Below, piece by piece: positions 19,182-28,718 of a stretch of DNA of 61,375 nucleotides (within the stretch, counting starts at the first letter, position 1; every line of letters starts with the position of its first letter). Source of the DNA: Clostridiales bacterium (GTDB lineage Bacteria; Bacillota; Clostridia; Oscillospirales; QAKW01); assembly GCA_003343605.1 (NCBI GenBank), contig QAKW01000083.1, positions 1-61,375 of the forward strand, written 5' to 3'. The position numbers and the translations under genes were made by a program. The notes below the pieces were generated by a model that worked only from the letters and a program-made list of their open reading frames with translations, was not told the DNA's origin and did no database searches.

Positions 19182-19580
19182 TTACTGCCTGCTGATTTCC
19201 CGCCAGTCCAGATCGCCGCGTTCCAAAGCCATAATGATCACCTCGGCGGTTGCAATATTGGTGGCTACCGGTACATTATGGACATCGCAAAGCCGGAGGA
19301 TATTGAGTTCCTCCCGCTCCCGGGTTGTTGGCGTAAGCGGATCGCGGAAAAAAAGTAAAACATCAATTTCTCCATAGGAAATCCTTGCCGCAATCTGATC
19401 CTCGCCGCCATGCGGCCCGCTCAAAACCTTATTGATATTCAGCCCGGTCGCATCGGAAATCAGATTGCCGGTGGTCGCGGTGGCGCACAGGTTGTGCTTC
19501 GCCAGAATTCCCGCGTAGGCAATGCAAAACTGCACCATTAACTCTTTTTTCTTTTCATGGGCAATCAGCGCAATGTTCAT
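19182..19580 (-). CDS. mgsA: Methylglyoxal synthase
   Basis: 132 aa with IALIAHEKKK, ATATTG and GPHGGEDQI...LLFFRDPL motifs. Confidence 0.9.
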   Translation of the reverse strand: MNIALIAHEKKKELMVQFCIAYAGILAKHNLCATATTGNLISDATGLNINKVLSGPHGGEDQIAARISYGEIDVLLFFRDPLTPTTREREELNILRLCDVHNVPVATNIATAEVIIMALERGDLDWREISRQ

Positions 19581-19591
19581 GTTATAGCCTC

Positions 19592-20338
19592 CTACTTTCT
19601 CCAGAACGGTGCGAGCGGAATATCCCGGCCCTGCAGCCGCCCTGCAATATTCATAAAAGATACAGCCGTTGCAGACCGGGTTCCCGGCAGAATCTCTCCC
19701 CGGTTGGAGCAGATGACCACCGCCTCATCGTGCGGGATCAGCCCCAGAAGCGGAAGCGAAACGGAATCCATCACCTCGTCTACATTCTGCAAATATCCCT
19801 TTTTCATCATTTGCTTTCGCACTTTATTAATAACGAGCTCTACCCGTATGGCCCGCATCCCTGTTACAATCGTGGCCGTCCGGCTGGCGTCACGCACGGA
19901 GGTCAGATCCGGCGTGGAAACGATCAAGCACCGCTGCGCGCAGAAAACCGCGCTGCGGAATCCCTCGCCCACCCCTGCGGGCGCATCGATCAGCACATAT
20001 TCATAATGATCGCCGAGATACCGGCAAAGCCGCCGGAACGCATAGGGATCCATCCGGGCCGTATAATCCTCCGAAGCGGGGATAAAGTGAAGATTCGGCA
20101 GGCTGTCGTGCGCCGTAATCCCTTTGTTTACAGGGCAGCGGCCTTCCAGAATATCCATCAGATCATAGGAGGCCTTACTCTCCAGCCCCAGCAGGATATC
20201 CAGATTACGCAACCCCATATCCCCATCGATGGCAATCACAGTGCGCCCCTCAAGCGCCAGGGCAAAAGCCAGGTTTGCGCAAAGGGTCGTTTTCCCTACG
20301 CCGCCCTTGCCGGAAACAATGCTGATGACGGTTCCCAT
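19592..20338 (-). CDS. MinD/ParA-family ATPase (MinD paralogue lacking the C-terminal membrane-targeting helix)
   Basis: 248 aa with deviant Walker A SGKGGVGKTT. It is collinear with MinD (GLRNLDILLGLE, LIDAPAGV, STPDLTSVRDA, LLGLIPHDEAV) but ends at ...GRDIPLAPFWRK. Confidence 0.8.
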   Translation of the reverse strand: MGTVISIVSGKGGVGKTTLCANLAFALALEGRTVIAIDGDMGLRNLDILLGLESKASYDLMDILEGRCPVNKGITAHDSLPNLHFIPASEDYTARMDPYAFRRLCRYLGDHYEYVLIDAPAGVGEGFRSAVFCAQRCLIVSTPDLTSVRDASRTATIVTGMRAIRVELVINKVRKQMMKKGYLQNVDEVMDSVSLPLLGLIPHDEAVVICSNRGEILPGTRSATAVSFMNIAGRLQGRDIPLAPFWRK

Positions 20339-20460
20339 ACCAAATCCTCTTCAATGAATCAAAAATTATCTTACCAGGTAAAGCGATCAGTTCACGCGCA
20401 ACATCGGCACAGCAACCGCCGCTCCCGGGCGGCCCGGCGCAAAATGCGCTGTTTACTGCT

Positions 20461-20489
20461 ATTATAACATGCTTTTTCAGGTTAGTAAA
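20461..20489 (-). promoter_or_regulatory. Sigma-A-type promoter upstream of the MinD-like gene
   Basis: On the minus strand: TTTACT (20489-20484), a 17-nt spacer, then the extended -10 TGTTATAAT (20469-20461). Confidence 0.5.
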
Positions 20490-20496
20490 GTTTTTT

Positions 20497-21744
20497 TTAA
20501 AGCGACGTGCAGAACTCTACCGAGCGGGGAAGGTGCAGCGCATTCATTTCCCGACGGCAGCAGGAAACGATCCCCCGGCCCAGCGTTTTAACCGCGTCTT
20601 TCCCATCGGGCAGAACCTTCAGCCGGATCCCGCCGCCCTCTGCAATACAGCGGCACTTCCCGATCCCCTCGATCAGGGCGATTTCCCGCTCCATATCAGA
20701 AAGGCGCACCCCAAAATCACGCACAAAAAACAGCGGTTCCCGGCGTACCTTCAACGGTACCGGCGCGCTGGAAAGGATCCCCCGGCCACCGGCTGCCGCA
20801 AACGCCCGGCCGGCGAATTTTTCCATCAGCGGCGTAAGATCCTTTCCAATTTGAAATCCGCCCTGAAGATGGTTCCACTTCAGATGGGCAAGCCCCTGCT
20901 GCTGCCGGAAGTTCCAGAAAAATTCTTCTGTTCCAACCAGAAAATCCGGTTTTGCTTTTATGGCAAGCGCAATCGGATCCCCCACGTTCCAATAGATTGC
21001 CCGGCCGGTGCAAAGCGCGCTGTGCGCCGCCAGAAAACCGCCTTCCGTTGCAAAGGAATTTTCGATCAATACCGTTGAAACCATCTCCTGATGGCGCCAG
21101 AATTCCTCAACCGTATGCTGCAGCTCCTGGGCCGAATACAGAATAGGCCTTGCGTTTATAAAACAACTTGTCCCAAACAGAATGACCGCCGGCTGTTCCC
21201 CGCCGCCGGACGGCGTTTCACTGGCGCTGTAACGGTTTTCCGCGATCAGCTCATCGAGAATATAACCCTTGATTTCTTCTTCCGCCGGCGTCTGCAGCGC
21301 AAGATAGGCGCGTTTAACTTTTCCGCGCATATCGCTCTCAGGCCGGCAGATAATCAGACGCCCCGGCGGAAGCGGACGCTCCCGTTTACAATATTCCTCA
21401 TACTGCCGGGCAGTGGTAATCAGCCGCCGTGCGCCGGAAGCCTCCATCTGCATCTTGAGTTCCCGCGCGGAAGACGCCGGATGCGCCAGTACGCCAACCG
21501 CGCCCAGCCGCGAAAGCCCATAAAAGGAAGCAAGCAAATCCGGGCAGTTGGGCAGGCAGAGGCAGACCCGCTCACCCGGTTCTACGCCCATCTGCCGGAA
21601 CGTGTTATATGCGTATTCCGTGCGGGCCAGCAACGCGCTGAAAGTAAAGCGCTTCCCGCCGAATAAAAGTGCTTTTTCATATTTCCGCCTGTAGGCGCTT
21701 TTGCGTAAAGCGCGGTAAGCGGAGGTTTCATGATTCCCGTCCAT
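20497..21744 (-). CDS. ANL-superfamily (AMP-dependent synthetase/ligase)-like protein with degenerate core motifs
   Basis: The N-terminal region resembles acyl-CoA synthetases (FTFSALLARTEYAYNTFRQMGVEPGERVCLCLPNCPDLLASFYGLSRLGAV). An FATEGG segment sits where the YGxTE motif would be. No TSGTTGxPKG P-loop and no C-terminal catalytic Lys motif is recognisable. Start set at the ATG at 21744, which has AAAGGAG 5 nt upstream. Confidence 0.5.
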   Translation of the reverse strand: MDGNHETSAYRALRKSAYRRKYEKALLFGGKRFTFSALLARTEYAYNTFRQMGVEPGERVCLCLPNCPDLLASFYGLSRLGAVGVLAHPASSARELKMQMEASGARRLITTARQYEEYCKRERPLPPGRLIICRPESDMRGKVKRAYLALQTPAEEEIKGYILDELIAENRYSASETPSGGGEQPAVILFGTSCFINARPILYSAQELQHTVEEFWRHQEMVSTVLIENSFATEGGFLAAHSALCTGRAIYWNVGDPIALAIKAKPDFLVGTEEFFWNFRQQQGLAHLKWNHLQGGFQIGKDLTPLMEKFAGRAFAAAGGRGILSSAPVPLKVRREPLFFVRDFGVRLSDMEREIALIEGIGKCRCIAEGGGIRLKVLPDGKDAVKTLGRGIVSCCRREMNALHLPRSVEFCTSL

Positions 21745-21832
21745 CTTGGCTCCTTTATCCTGTTGCATTCATCTTCATAAGTCCAAAAAGAGAGTGGCCT
21801 GATTTTGGCCACTCTCCCCTGATCTTCCAGCG

Positions 21833-22636
21833 TTAGTTTCCGGCCGTTTCGTCCACCAGCGTGCAGGAAGTATATTGATAATTCGTGACCAGCGTTTCCG
21901 TATCGTTCACCATCTGAATTTCCTCCACCGCCTGCAGCGTAATGGAAATACGCTTGCTGAATTTCGTACGGTCCTGCGTTACATCCTCTTCGCTGAGGCC
22001 ATCGTCATAATAGCAATCCACCAGCAGGGTGTAAAGCCCCGTCTCCCCGTCGAACTGTATATCAATCACATCCGGAACCAGATAGCTGTTTCCCATCGCT
22101 GAGCTCACCTTGTAACAGCCGCTCAGCTTATCATACGTAAAGGAGCCGCAGATATCCACGCTGCGAAAGGCAATCTTCCCATTGTAATTAAAGTTGAACC
22201 GGGCAAACTTTTCCACATCGCTCTTCGGGATCAAAAACGAGCCGTCTTTATTGTAAGCATAGACCCCCTGCCCGTTGACCTTGATCGCCTGCCAGATGCC
22301 ATAGGAAATAAAATAATCGGTGTTCAGCCCCACCGGATCGGAAAAGCTGGGAAAATCTTGCTTTACAAAATTGGCGATATATTGCTCAAAATATTCCGCC
22401 GATCCTTCCTCGAGGTCGGAGCCGTTCAATTCATCAAAAGGCGCGCCCGCCCAGATCAGGTCCGGATCAACCCCTTCTTCGTAAATGTGCGCCGGTTTAA
22501 ACATGTGGTAAACCTTATTGCCGCCCAAAACCAGCAGAAAAACACAAAGAGTAAGAAATGCCAGTCCAATAAAAAAAGTAAGCATTTTATGCCCGTATTT
22601 GCGGAAGAAAACTGCGATTTTATTCATTCGTTCCAC
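21833..22636 (-). CDS. Membrane-anchored protein of unknown function
   Basis: 267 aa with one N-terminal TM (MLTFFIGLAFLTLCVFLLVLGG) followed by an aromatic-rich soluble domain. No family recognised. Confidence 0.5.
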   Translation of the reverse strand: MERMNKIAVFFRKYGHKMLTFFIGLAFLTLCVFLLVLGGNKVYHMFKPAHIYEEGVDPDLIWAGAPFDELNGSDLEEGSAEYFEQYIANFVKQDFPSFSDPVGLNTDYFISYGIWQAIKVNGQGVYAYNKDGSFLIPKSDVEKFARFNFNYNGKIAFRSVDICGSFTYDKLSGCYKVSSAMGNSYLVPDVIDIQFDGETGLYTLLVDCYYDDGLSEEDVTQDRTKFSKRISITLQAVEEIQMVNDTETLVTNYQYTSCTLVDETAGN

Positions 22637-22759
22637 TCCAACATCCTATTTATTTTTTTATTTTAACGCTTTTTCACCCAATAGTCAAGTTGCGGTTGCA
22701 ATATTCCCCGGTTTTGGTATATAATGACGGTGGTTTTACAGGAAAGGAACGTGATATTT

Positions 22760-24796
22760 ATGGAGCTTCTGGCCCCGGCCGGCAATTTTGCCAGTGCGCG
22801 CAGCGCCGTCAATAACGGCGCAGATGCGATTTACGCAGGCGGCCCTCTTTTAAACGCGCGCCGCGCTTCCGCCGGTTTTACCGGAGAAGAGCTGGCCCGG
22901 CTGGTTGCCTTTTGCCATCTGCGGCGGGTAAAAGTTTATGTAACCGTCAACACCATGACCCGTGAAGATGAAATACCGGCACTCTTGGAGCTGGCGCAGG
23001 ATATTGCAGCCAGCGGAGCCGATGCGGCCATTGTGGCAGATCTGGGGGTTGCACGGGTCCTGCGGGAAGTATGCCCTTCCCTGCCGCTTCATGCTTCAAC
23101 GCAAATGAATATCCATTCCCTGAGCGGCGTGCGTTATCTGGAGAAGCTGGGGTTCCGGCGCGTTGTATTGGCAAGGGAGCTTTCGCTGCAGGCCATCCGG
23201 CATATCTGCCGGCATACGGAAATGGAAATCGAGATCTTTGCACACGGATCGCTCTGCATGAGTTACAGCGGCAACTGCTATCTCTCATCCGTGATTGGCG
23301 GCAAGAGCGGAAACCGGGGGTTGTGTGCACAGCCCTGCCGCCTGCCGGACGCCGGCGGACGCTATCCGCTGAGTTTGAAAGATCTTGCCGCGCTGGAAAA
23401 TTTGAATGCGCTCAAGGAAGCCGGCGTGGCTTCTTTAAAAATCGAAGGCCGGCTGAAATCGCCGGAATATGTAGGCAGCGTCACCGCCGCTTACCGGCGG
23501 GCGCTGGAGGGGCAAACGCCCGGCAAAGAAGATCTGGCCCGCCTTGAGAAGATTTTTTCCCGCAGCGGTTTTACCTGCGGATATCTGAGCGGCCGCCGCG
23601 GCCCTGCCATGTTCGGCACCAAAACCAAAACGGAATACGCCGATTACAAACAGGCGGTCGCGCCGGTTTCCGAAACGCTGAAAGCCGGCTATGAACCCAA
23701 AAAGCGCGCGGTTTCTTTCCGCCTGCTGCTGCGGGAAAACCTTTGCCGGCTCTGGGTTGCATGCGAAGGCTTCACCGCCGAAATCAGCGGCCCGCCGCCC
23801 GCGCCTGCGCTGAAACGCGCGGTCTCAGCCGAAGACGCAGAACGCGCGCTATCTAAGCTGGGCGGCACGCCTTTTACACTGGATAAGCTGGAAATCCGGG
23901 TAGATCAGGATCTGTATTATCCCGCGGCGGCGTTCAATGATCTGCGCCGGCGGGCGCTCGAAGCCGCGGCGGCGTTTTTCACGCCGGTTCCCCACCCCTT
24001 TTCATCAACCCCCCTTCCCGCCGCACGCGCTTATCCGGCGCCGGAAAAAGCAGCGCTGGAAGGATGGTTCTGGAATCCCGAAGATCTGCCCAAACAGCCA
24101 GAGCGGTATCTCTCCCGCTGGTGGCTCAACGGTACCAGGCTGGAAAAATGCCGGCCTTATGGCAGCGATGCACGCGCCGGAATATTTTTGCCCGCCTTTC
24201 TTTCAGAACGAGAGCTTGAGCAGCTCGGCAACCGGCTTTATACCATGGGATTCCGCCATGTGCTCTGCCGCAATCTGGGCCAGATCACGCCCCTGAAAGC
24301 CATGGGGTTTACCCTGCACGGAGATTATGCCCTGAATCTGGCCAACGCCCAGGCGCTGGCAGCCTTTCAGAACGATCTGGCCGATGCAACGCTCTCGTTT
24401 GAGCTCACGCTCCGGCAGATTTGTGCTCTGCCGAAGCCGCTTCCGGTTGGCCTGATTGTTTACGGCCGCCTGCCGCTGATGGAAACCGCAAACTGTTTGA
24501 TCCGGAATCTCGGGCCCTGCAAAAACGGCGCGGGCTCTGCACTGCGCGACCGTACCGGGCGTGTCTTTCCCGCTGCCTGCGGCCACGGCTGCAATAATAC
24601 GCTGTTTAACAGTGTGCCGCTCTTCCTGGCCGACCGCAACCGGGAATGGCAGGAAACGGGCGTTTCCTTCGGCCGGCTGCTTTTTACTGGTGAGAGCCCG
24701 GAGGAAATCATCCGGATTCTCCGCGCATACAAGCTTGGCACAAAAGAAAAGCCTGCCGCATATACCCGCGGGCTTTATTACCGGGGCGTTCTATAA
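22760..24796 (+). CDS. Peptidase U32 family protein (long form with C-terminal extension)
   Basis: EIFAHGSLCMSYSGNCYLS matches the U32 signature E-x-F-x2-G-[SA]-[LIVM]-C-x4-G-x-C-x-[LIVM]-S. Start set at the ATG at 22760 (MELLAPAGN), preceded by AGGAAAGGA. Confidence 0.85.
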   Translation: MELLAPAGNFASARSAVNNGADAIYAGGPLLNARRASAGFTGEELARLVAFCHLRRVKVYVTVNTMTREDEIPALLELAQDIAASGADAAIVADLGVARVLREVCPSLPLHASTQMNIHSLSGVRYLEKLGFRRVVLARELSLQAIRHICRHTEMEIEIFAHGSLCMSYSGNCYLSSVIGGKSGNRGLCAQPCRLPDAGGRYPLSLKDLAALENLNALKEAGVASLKIEGRLKSPEYVGSVTAAYRRALEGQTPGKEDLARLEKIFSRSGFTCGYLSGRRGPAMFGTKTKTEYADYKQAVAPVSETLKAGYEPKKRAVSFRLLLRENLCRLWVACEGFTAEISGPPPAPALKRAVSAEDAERALSKLGGTPFTLDKLEIRVDQDLYYPAAAFNDLRRRALEAAAAFFTPVPHPFSSTPLPAARAYPAPEKAALEGWFWNPEDLPKQPERYLSRWWLNGTRLEKCRPYGSDARAGIFLPAFLSERELEQLGNRLYTMGFRHVLCRNLGQITPLKAMGFTLHGDYALNLANAQALAAFQNDLADATLSFELTLRQICALPKPLPVGLIVYGRLPLMETANCLIRNLGPCKNGAGSALRDRTGRVFPAACGHGCNNTLFNSVPLFLADRNREWQETGVSFGRLLFTGESPEEIIRILRAYKLGTKEKPAAYTRGLYYRGVL

Positions 24797-24861
24797 TGAA
24801 CACGTCCGGTTAAACAAAAAGAAATACGAGAATAAAAGTTCTCTCTTTCCGCATTGCCCCC

Positions 24862-26613
24862 TTACAGAAAGATCGCTTCCCCGGCGGGAATGGTAAATCC
24901 ATCGTATTCGGCATCAATTTCAGAGAAGTTGCCCGCAATGCGCCCTCCGTCCTCATAGGTTGCGATTTCAATGCCGTTATCAAGAATTTCGTAATTTTTC
25001 ATAAAGATAAACTGCCTGTCTGCCCGGGGAAGATATTCCTTTGCCTCCCTGGCAATGCATGCAACGCTTTCACAAAGCTTTTCATGGGTTTCGGCAGTGA
25101 GATCAATTTCACCCATCCAGTTCTTCTGAGTGCCCGTGCGAAACTTCGAATAGAAGTAGAAGGTGGGCTTACCGCCGCGCAGGAGGTAAATAAGGCGGTC
25201 GCGGACTCCTTTCAGGGGGGCGTTGACGGTCGGACTAATCGGGTTATAAAGAATAATGCCGTGATAGGTCAATTCAAAAAATGGAATCAGGCGCTCGCTG
25301 AACGGAATATATTTCTGCCCGAATCCATCACCGAAGGAGACATACAGACCATAGTCCAGATCCTTCAAGGCAAAATCCATTGTCCCCTCAGAGCTGAACG
25401 CACCCATCAATTCACGGCTTTCCCTAATAATGATCTGTACGGCTTCAACCGCTTCTTTCGTATAGCAGATATGCCCTTCCGCATAGCAGGTATCAGGCTC
25501 AACGATTGAGATTACGTCAGTAAAGTGGATGCCGTTAAGACCGAGCTTGGCGACTGCGGGAAGATCACGGCGATTGTTCCTGAGCTGCTTTTTGAGACAG
25601 ACATGGTATGCATATCCTCCACTGTAATGCCCTTTCTGAAGATAAGAGCCTTCTTTGTTGACACAGATATCATCCCATGTGAAGGTATCTGCAATTTCAT
25701 ATTCATCAATGAGGTTGGTATGGAGTGAAATTCGGTAGCCTAAGGATTTGACGTGTGCGATTGCCTTTTTTAGTCCATCGTTGCCGCCAAGCCTCGAATC
25801 TGCGGGAAAAAGCTGCGGAAAGCGCCCATCATGGCCACTTTGGTTCCAGCCAACGAGCTGTAATTCCGCGCCTTCAACGCCCTGTCTTCTCAGCTCATCA
25901 GCGATATCGCAAACACGTTCGAAAGAACAGGCAACAAACATATCGGGTTCATTTTCAACCGTCTGATGAAAGACGGGCGAGGGGCTGGGCTTCCATCCCA
26001 TACGGATACGGATCAGCGGGTATTTTCTCGCATATTCAACGGCTGGAGACGCGCACTTTTCGCGAAGGGTGACGATTTCACCGCGCGCAAGGCGGATATC
26101 ACGTTCGGCTTTTGCAAAATCGCCAAGTTCGGATGCTAACGGAAGTTCAATGATTTCAAGGCGGATATCGTCATAGACCGGGTCTTTTTTAACATCTTCG
26201 AAATCAAAGAGCGGTGCAACCGTGTAAACACCGTCTTTTACCATAATATCAAACTGATACTTATAATTTCGTTCGATACGAATCAAAGCGCAGTAGTCTT
26301 CTTTTTTCAACACATAAAAGGACATAATGGGCGCACGGCAGAGCCCGGCCTCATCAGCACGGTCGGTGAACATGATCTGCATATCCCCCATCATGTCGAT
26401 GCTGCGGGGAATGATATAATAGCCGCTCTGTCCGGCCTTTGCCGCCGAAAGTTCCTTCAGTACCCACAGCTTTTTCGCGCCCTTAAAAGCTTCCTTTTTC
26501 AGTGTCAAAAAGAGACTACCGTCTTTTTGTAAACAGTCGAATTCATATTCCCGCCCCGTTTCGTCACAGGCCTTGTAGCTACGTTTTGTCATATCTTTTC
26601 TCCCTTCAAACAA
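24862..26613 (-). CDS. Uncharacterised protein, possibly a glycoside-hydrolase-like enzyme
   Basis: 583-aa uninterrupted ORF with no signal peptide. It is divergently paired with an AraC regulator, as many sugar-utilisation genes are. It is visibly more AT-rich than its surroundings. The functional call is weak and no catalytic motif is recognised with certainty. Confidence 0.4.
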   Translation of the reverse strand: MFEGRKDMTKRSYKACDETGREYEFDCLQKDGSLFLTLKKEAFKGAKKLWVLKELSAAKAGQSGYYIIPRSIDMMGDMQIMFTDRADEAGLCRAPIMSFYVLKKEDYCALIRIERNYKYQFDIMVKDGVYTVAPLFDFEDVKKDPVYDDIRLEIIELPLASELGDFAKAERDIRLARGEIVTLREKCASPAVEYARKYPLIRIRMGWKPSPSPVFHQTVENEPDMFVACSFERVCDIADELRRQGVEGAELQLVGWNQSGHDGRFPQLFPADSRLGGNDGLKKAIAHVKSLGYRISLHTNLIDEYEIADTFTWDDICVNKEGSYLQKGHYSGGYAYHVCLKKQLRNNRRDLPAVAKLGLNGIHFTDVISIVEPDTCYAEGHICYTKEAVEAVQIIIRESRELMGAFSSEGTMDFALKDLDYGLYVSFGDGFGQKYIPFSERLIPFFELTYHGIILYNPISPTVNAPLKGVRDRLIYLLRGGKPTFYFYSKFRTGTQKNWMGEIDLTAETHEKLCESVACIAREAKEYLPRADRQFIFMKNYEILDNGIEIATYEDGGRIAGNFSEIDAEYDGFTIPAGEAIFL

Positions 26614-26735
26614 AAATTTCGATTTTTAAGATCCAACTTTTGTATCAGGGTTGATTATACCACGCAGGCCTGCTAGAATATAGGTGTAATGTAAATATTT
26701 TAGTTCAAAAAATAAAGATTAAAAGGAGAGCGCAT

Positions 26736-27593
26736 ATGCATCTTTCAGAGTGCAATCCTTACCTGAGAGCCGCGCAGATCCAGCCTGCCGTACTCGAGGG
26801 TACCTCCCCGCGCATGGCATACGATCACCGCATTTTTCTCATTCTTGGCGGCAAAGGTCTGATCTGCATTGCGGGGCAAGATTATCCGCTGCGGGAAAAT
26901 ATGTTTATCTGTATTCCCCCCGAAACGGAATATTATTTTCGCGGGAAAATGAAGGTCGCCGTTCTAAACTATGACCTGACGCGGGCATTTCAAAATCAAA
27001 GTATGCCTCTTGCTCCCGTTGCGCGCAGTGCCTATGATCCCGCGCTCCGATTCGACCTTGTGACGGCAGAGGGCTATGATGCCCCCGCTGTTTTCCCGGT
27101 CGATCAAATGGTACGCGATGCGGTCTTGCAGATCGTCGCAGCATATGCATCAAAAAGTCAGTACAGCGATGCACGCACGTCTGCCGAGCTGAAAGAACTG
27201 CTTTGCGCGTTGCTCGAGCGGCAAACCGCCCCGCAGGATTACAGCGCCCGCCTTATCGAAAAAATTCTGCTCTACATCAGAAGCAATGCCGCAGAAATTA
27301 AGGATAATGAAACTCTCGGCAAGGCATTCGGATATCACCCAGTCTACATTGCATCACTCATTAAAGAAAAAACAGGCAAACCCCTGCACCGCATCATCCT
27401 GGAGGAGCGGATCCGTCTTGCCTGCCGTTTTCTGCGCTCAACCGACAACAGCGTTGAGCAGATTGCGTTTGACACGGGTTTTTCCTCACGCAATCACTTC
27501 TGTACCGTATTCAAAAGCATCATGAGAACCACCCCGCTTGCCTATCGAATGGGAAAAAAGGGAGATGGACAAGGGTATCCAGCCGCCAAATAA
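26736..27593 (+). CDS. AraC-family transcriptional regulator (cupin sensor + HTH)
   Basis: The C-terminal tandem HTH is typical of AraC/XylS (IEKILLYIRSN..., VEQIAFDTGFSSRNHFCTVFKSIMRTTPLAYR). Confidence 0.9.
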   Translation: MHLSECNPYLRAAQIQPAVLEGTSPRMAYDHRIFLILGGKGLICIAGQDYPLRENMFICIPPETEYYFRGKMKVAVLNYDLTRAFQNQSMPLAPVARSAYDPALRFDLVTAEGYDAPAVFPVDQMVRDAVLQIVAAYASKSQYSDARTSAELKELLCALLERQTAPQDYSARLIEKILLYIRSNAAEIKDNETLGKAFGYHPVYIASLIKEKTGKPLHRIILEERIRLACRFLRSTDNSVEQIAFDTGFSSRNHFCTVFKSIMRTTPLAYRMGKKGDGQGYPAAK

Positions 27594-27664
27594 AGCCTGA
27601 CATAAACAGAATATCACGTTATTTACGGAAAAAGTCTTGTTCTTCTCTTAAAAAAGCCGTTCAA

Positions 27665-28597
27665 TTATCCGATCAGATCGGCCAGCGCAATACAAACCGG
27701 CATGGTCAGCACAGAGAGAACACTGGTGAAGCCGCTCGCCTTGGAGGCGATGCCCGTATCATGCCCGTATTTGGCTGCCAGCATCACCGTATTGTTGGCG
27801 GTCGGTGCGCTGCAAAAAACGGCCGCAGTAACCAAAAGAGCGCCCCGGATTCCCGCCAGCCACATCAGCCCCAGCGCCGCCAGGGGGAAAACAACCAGTT
27901 TTAATAACGCCACCAGATAGTTTTCCTTCTGCCGGAACATGCCCAAAAGATCGGTATTGGCCAGATAGGTGCCAAACATGAGCATTGCGAGCGGGGTGTT
28001 GAGACTGCCCAGATAAGCAACCGGTTCCCCGAGCAGCGCCGGCAGCCGCACACGCAGCAAAAAAAGCGGCAGCCCGATCAGAATCCCGATGGAGCCCGGA
28101 TTTAATATCAGCTTTTTCAGCTGAAATTTCCGGGCGCCTTTTTCCATCAGCCTTACCCCGTGGGTGAATGCAAACATATTGAAAACCGCCACCGCGGCCG
28201 AGCAGTAGAACACGCCGAGTTCGCCCGCCACCGCCTTTGCCAGCGGCAGACCCATATAGCCCATATTTCCATACATTGCCGCATATTGGAATACCGGGCG
28301 GTTTTCCCCGGCGCTGCGGAACAGCGGCCAGACCACAAGCGCACCGGCACCATGAAAAAGTAAAACAATCAAAAAAGCGGTCAGGAAGGACCGGCCGTTT
28401 TCCGGATTAAATTCCACATTTAAAAAAGAGTCAATAATTACTGCCGGGGTTATAATATAAAATAAAAGATCGTTGCACCGGCGGGAGACGCTTTCTGTAT
28501 AAAGACCGGTTTTATCACAGATAAAGCCCACCGCTACCAGCACTGCCAGAATGGCTACCTGCCCGAACGCCGCGGTCATATAATTTAAAAACTGCAT
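27665..28597 (-). CDS. AEC (auxin efflux carrier) family transporter
   Basis: About 310 aa and polytopic. Start moved to the ATG at 28597 (MQFLNYMTAAFGQ), preceded by GAGGTGA. Confidence 0.75.
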   Translation of the reverse strand: MQFLNYMTAAFGQVAILAVLVAVGFICDKTGLYTESVSRRCNDLLFYIITPAVIIDSFLNVEFNPENGRSFLTAFLIVLLFHGAGALVVWPLFRSAGENRPVFQYAAMYGNMGYMGLPLAKAVAGELGVFYCSAAVAVFNMFAFTHGVRLMEKGARKFQLKKLILNPGSIGILIGLPLFLLRVRLPALLGEPVAYLGSLNTPLAMLMFGTYLANTDLLGMFRQKENYLVALLKLVVFPLAALGLMWLAGIRGALLVTAAVFCSAPTANNTVMLAAKYGHDTGIASKASGFTSVLSVLTMPVCIALADLIG

Positions 28598-28718
28598 GCT
28601 TTTCACCTCAATTGATTTGTTATTATAATATTTTTTACAAATCCTGTCAAATATTATCTTGAAATATTCTGGTAAATCACGTATAATCATTTAAAGAAGA
28701 TGTGGAAGGGAGAGACTT

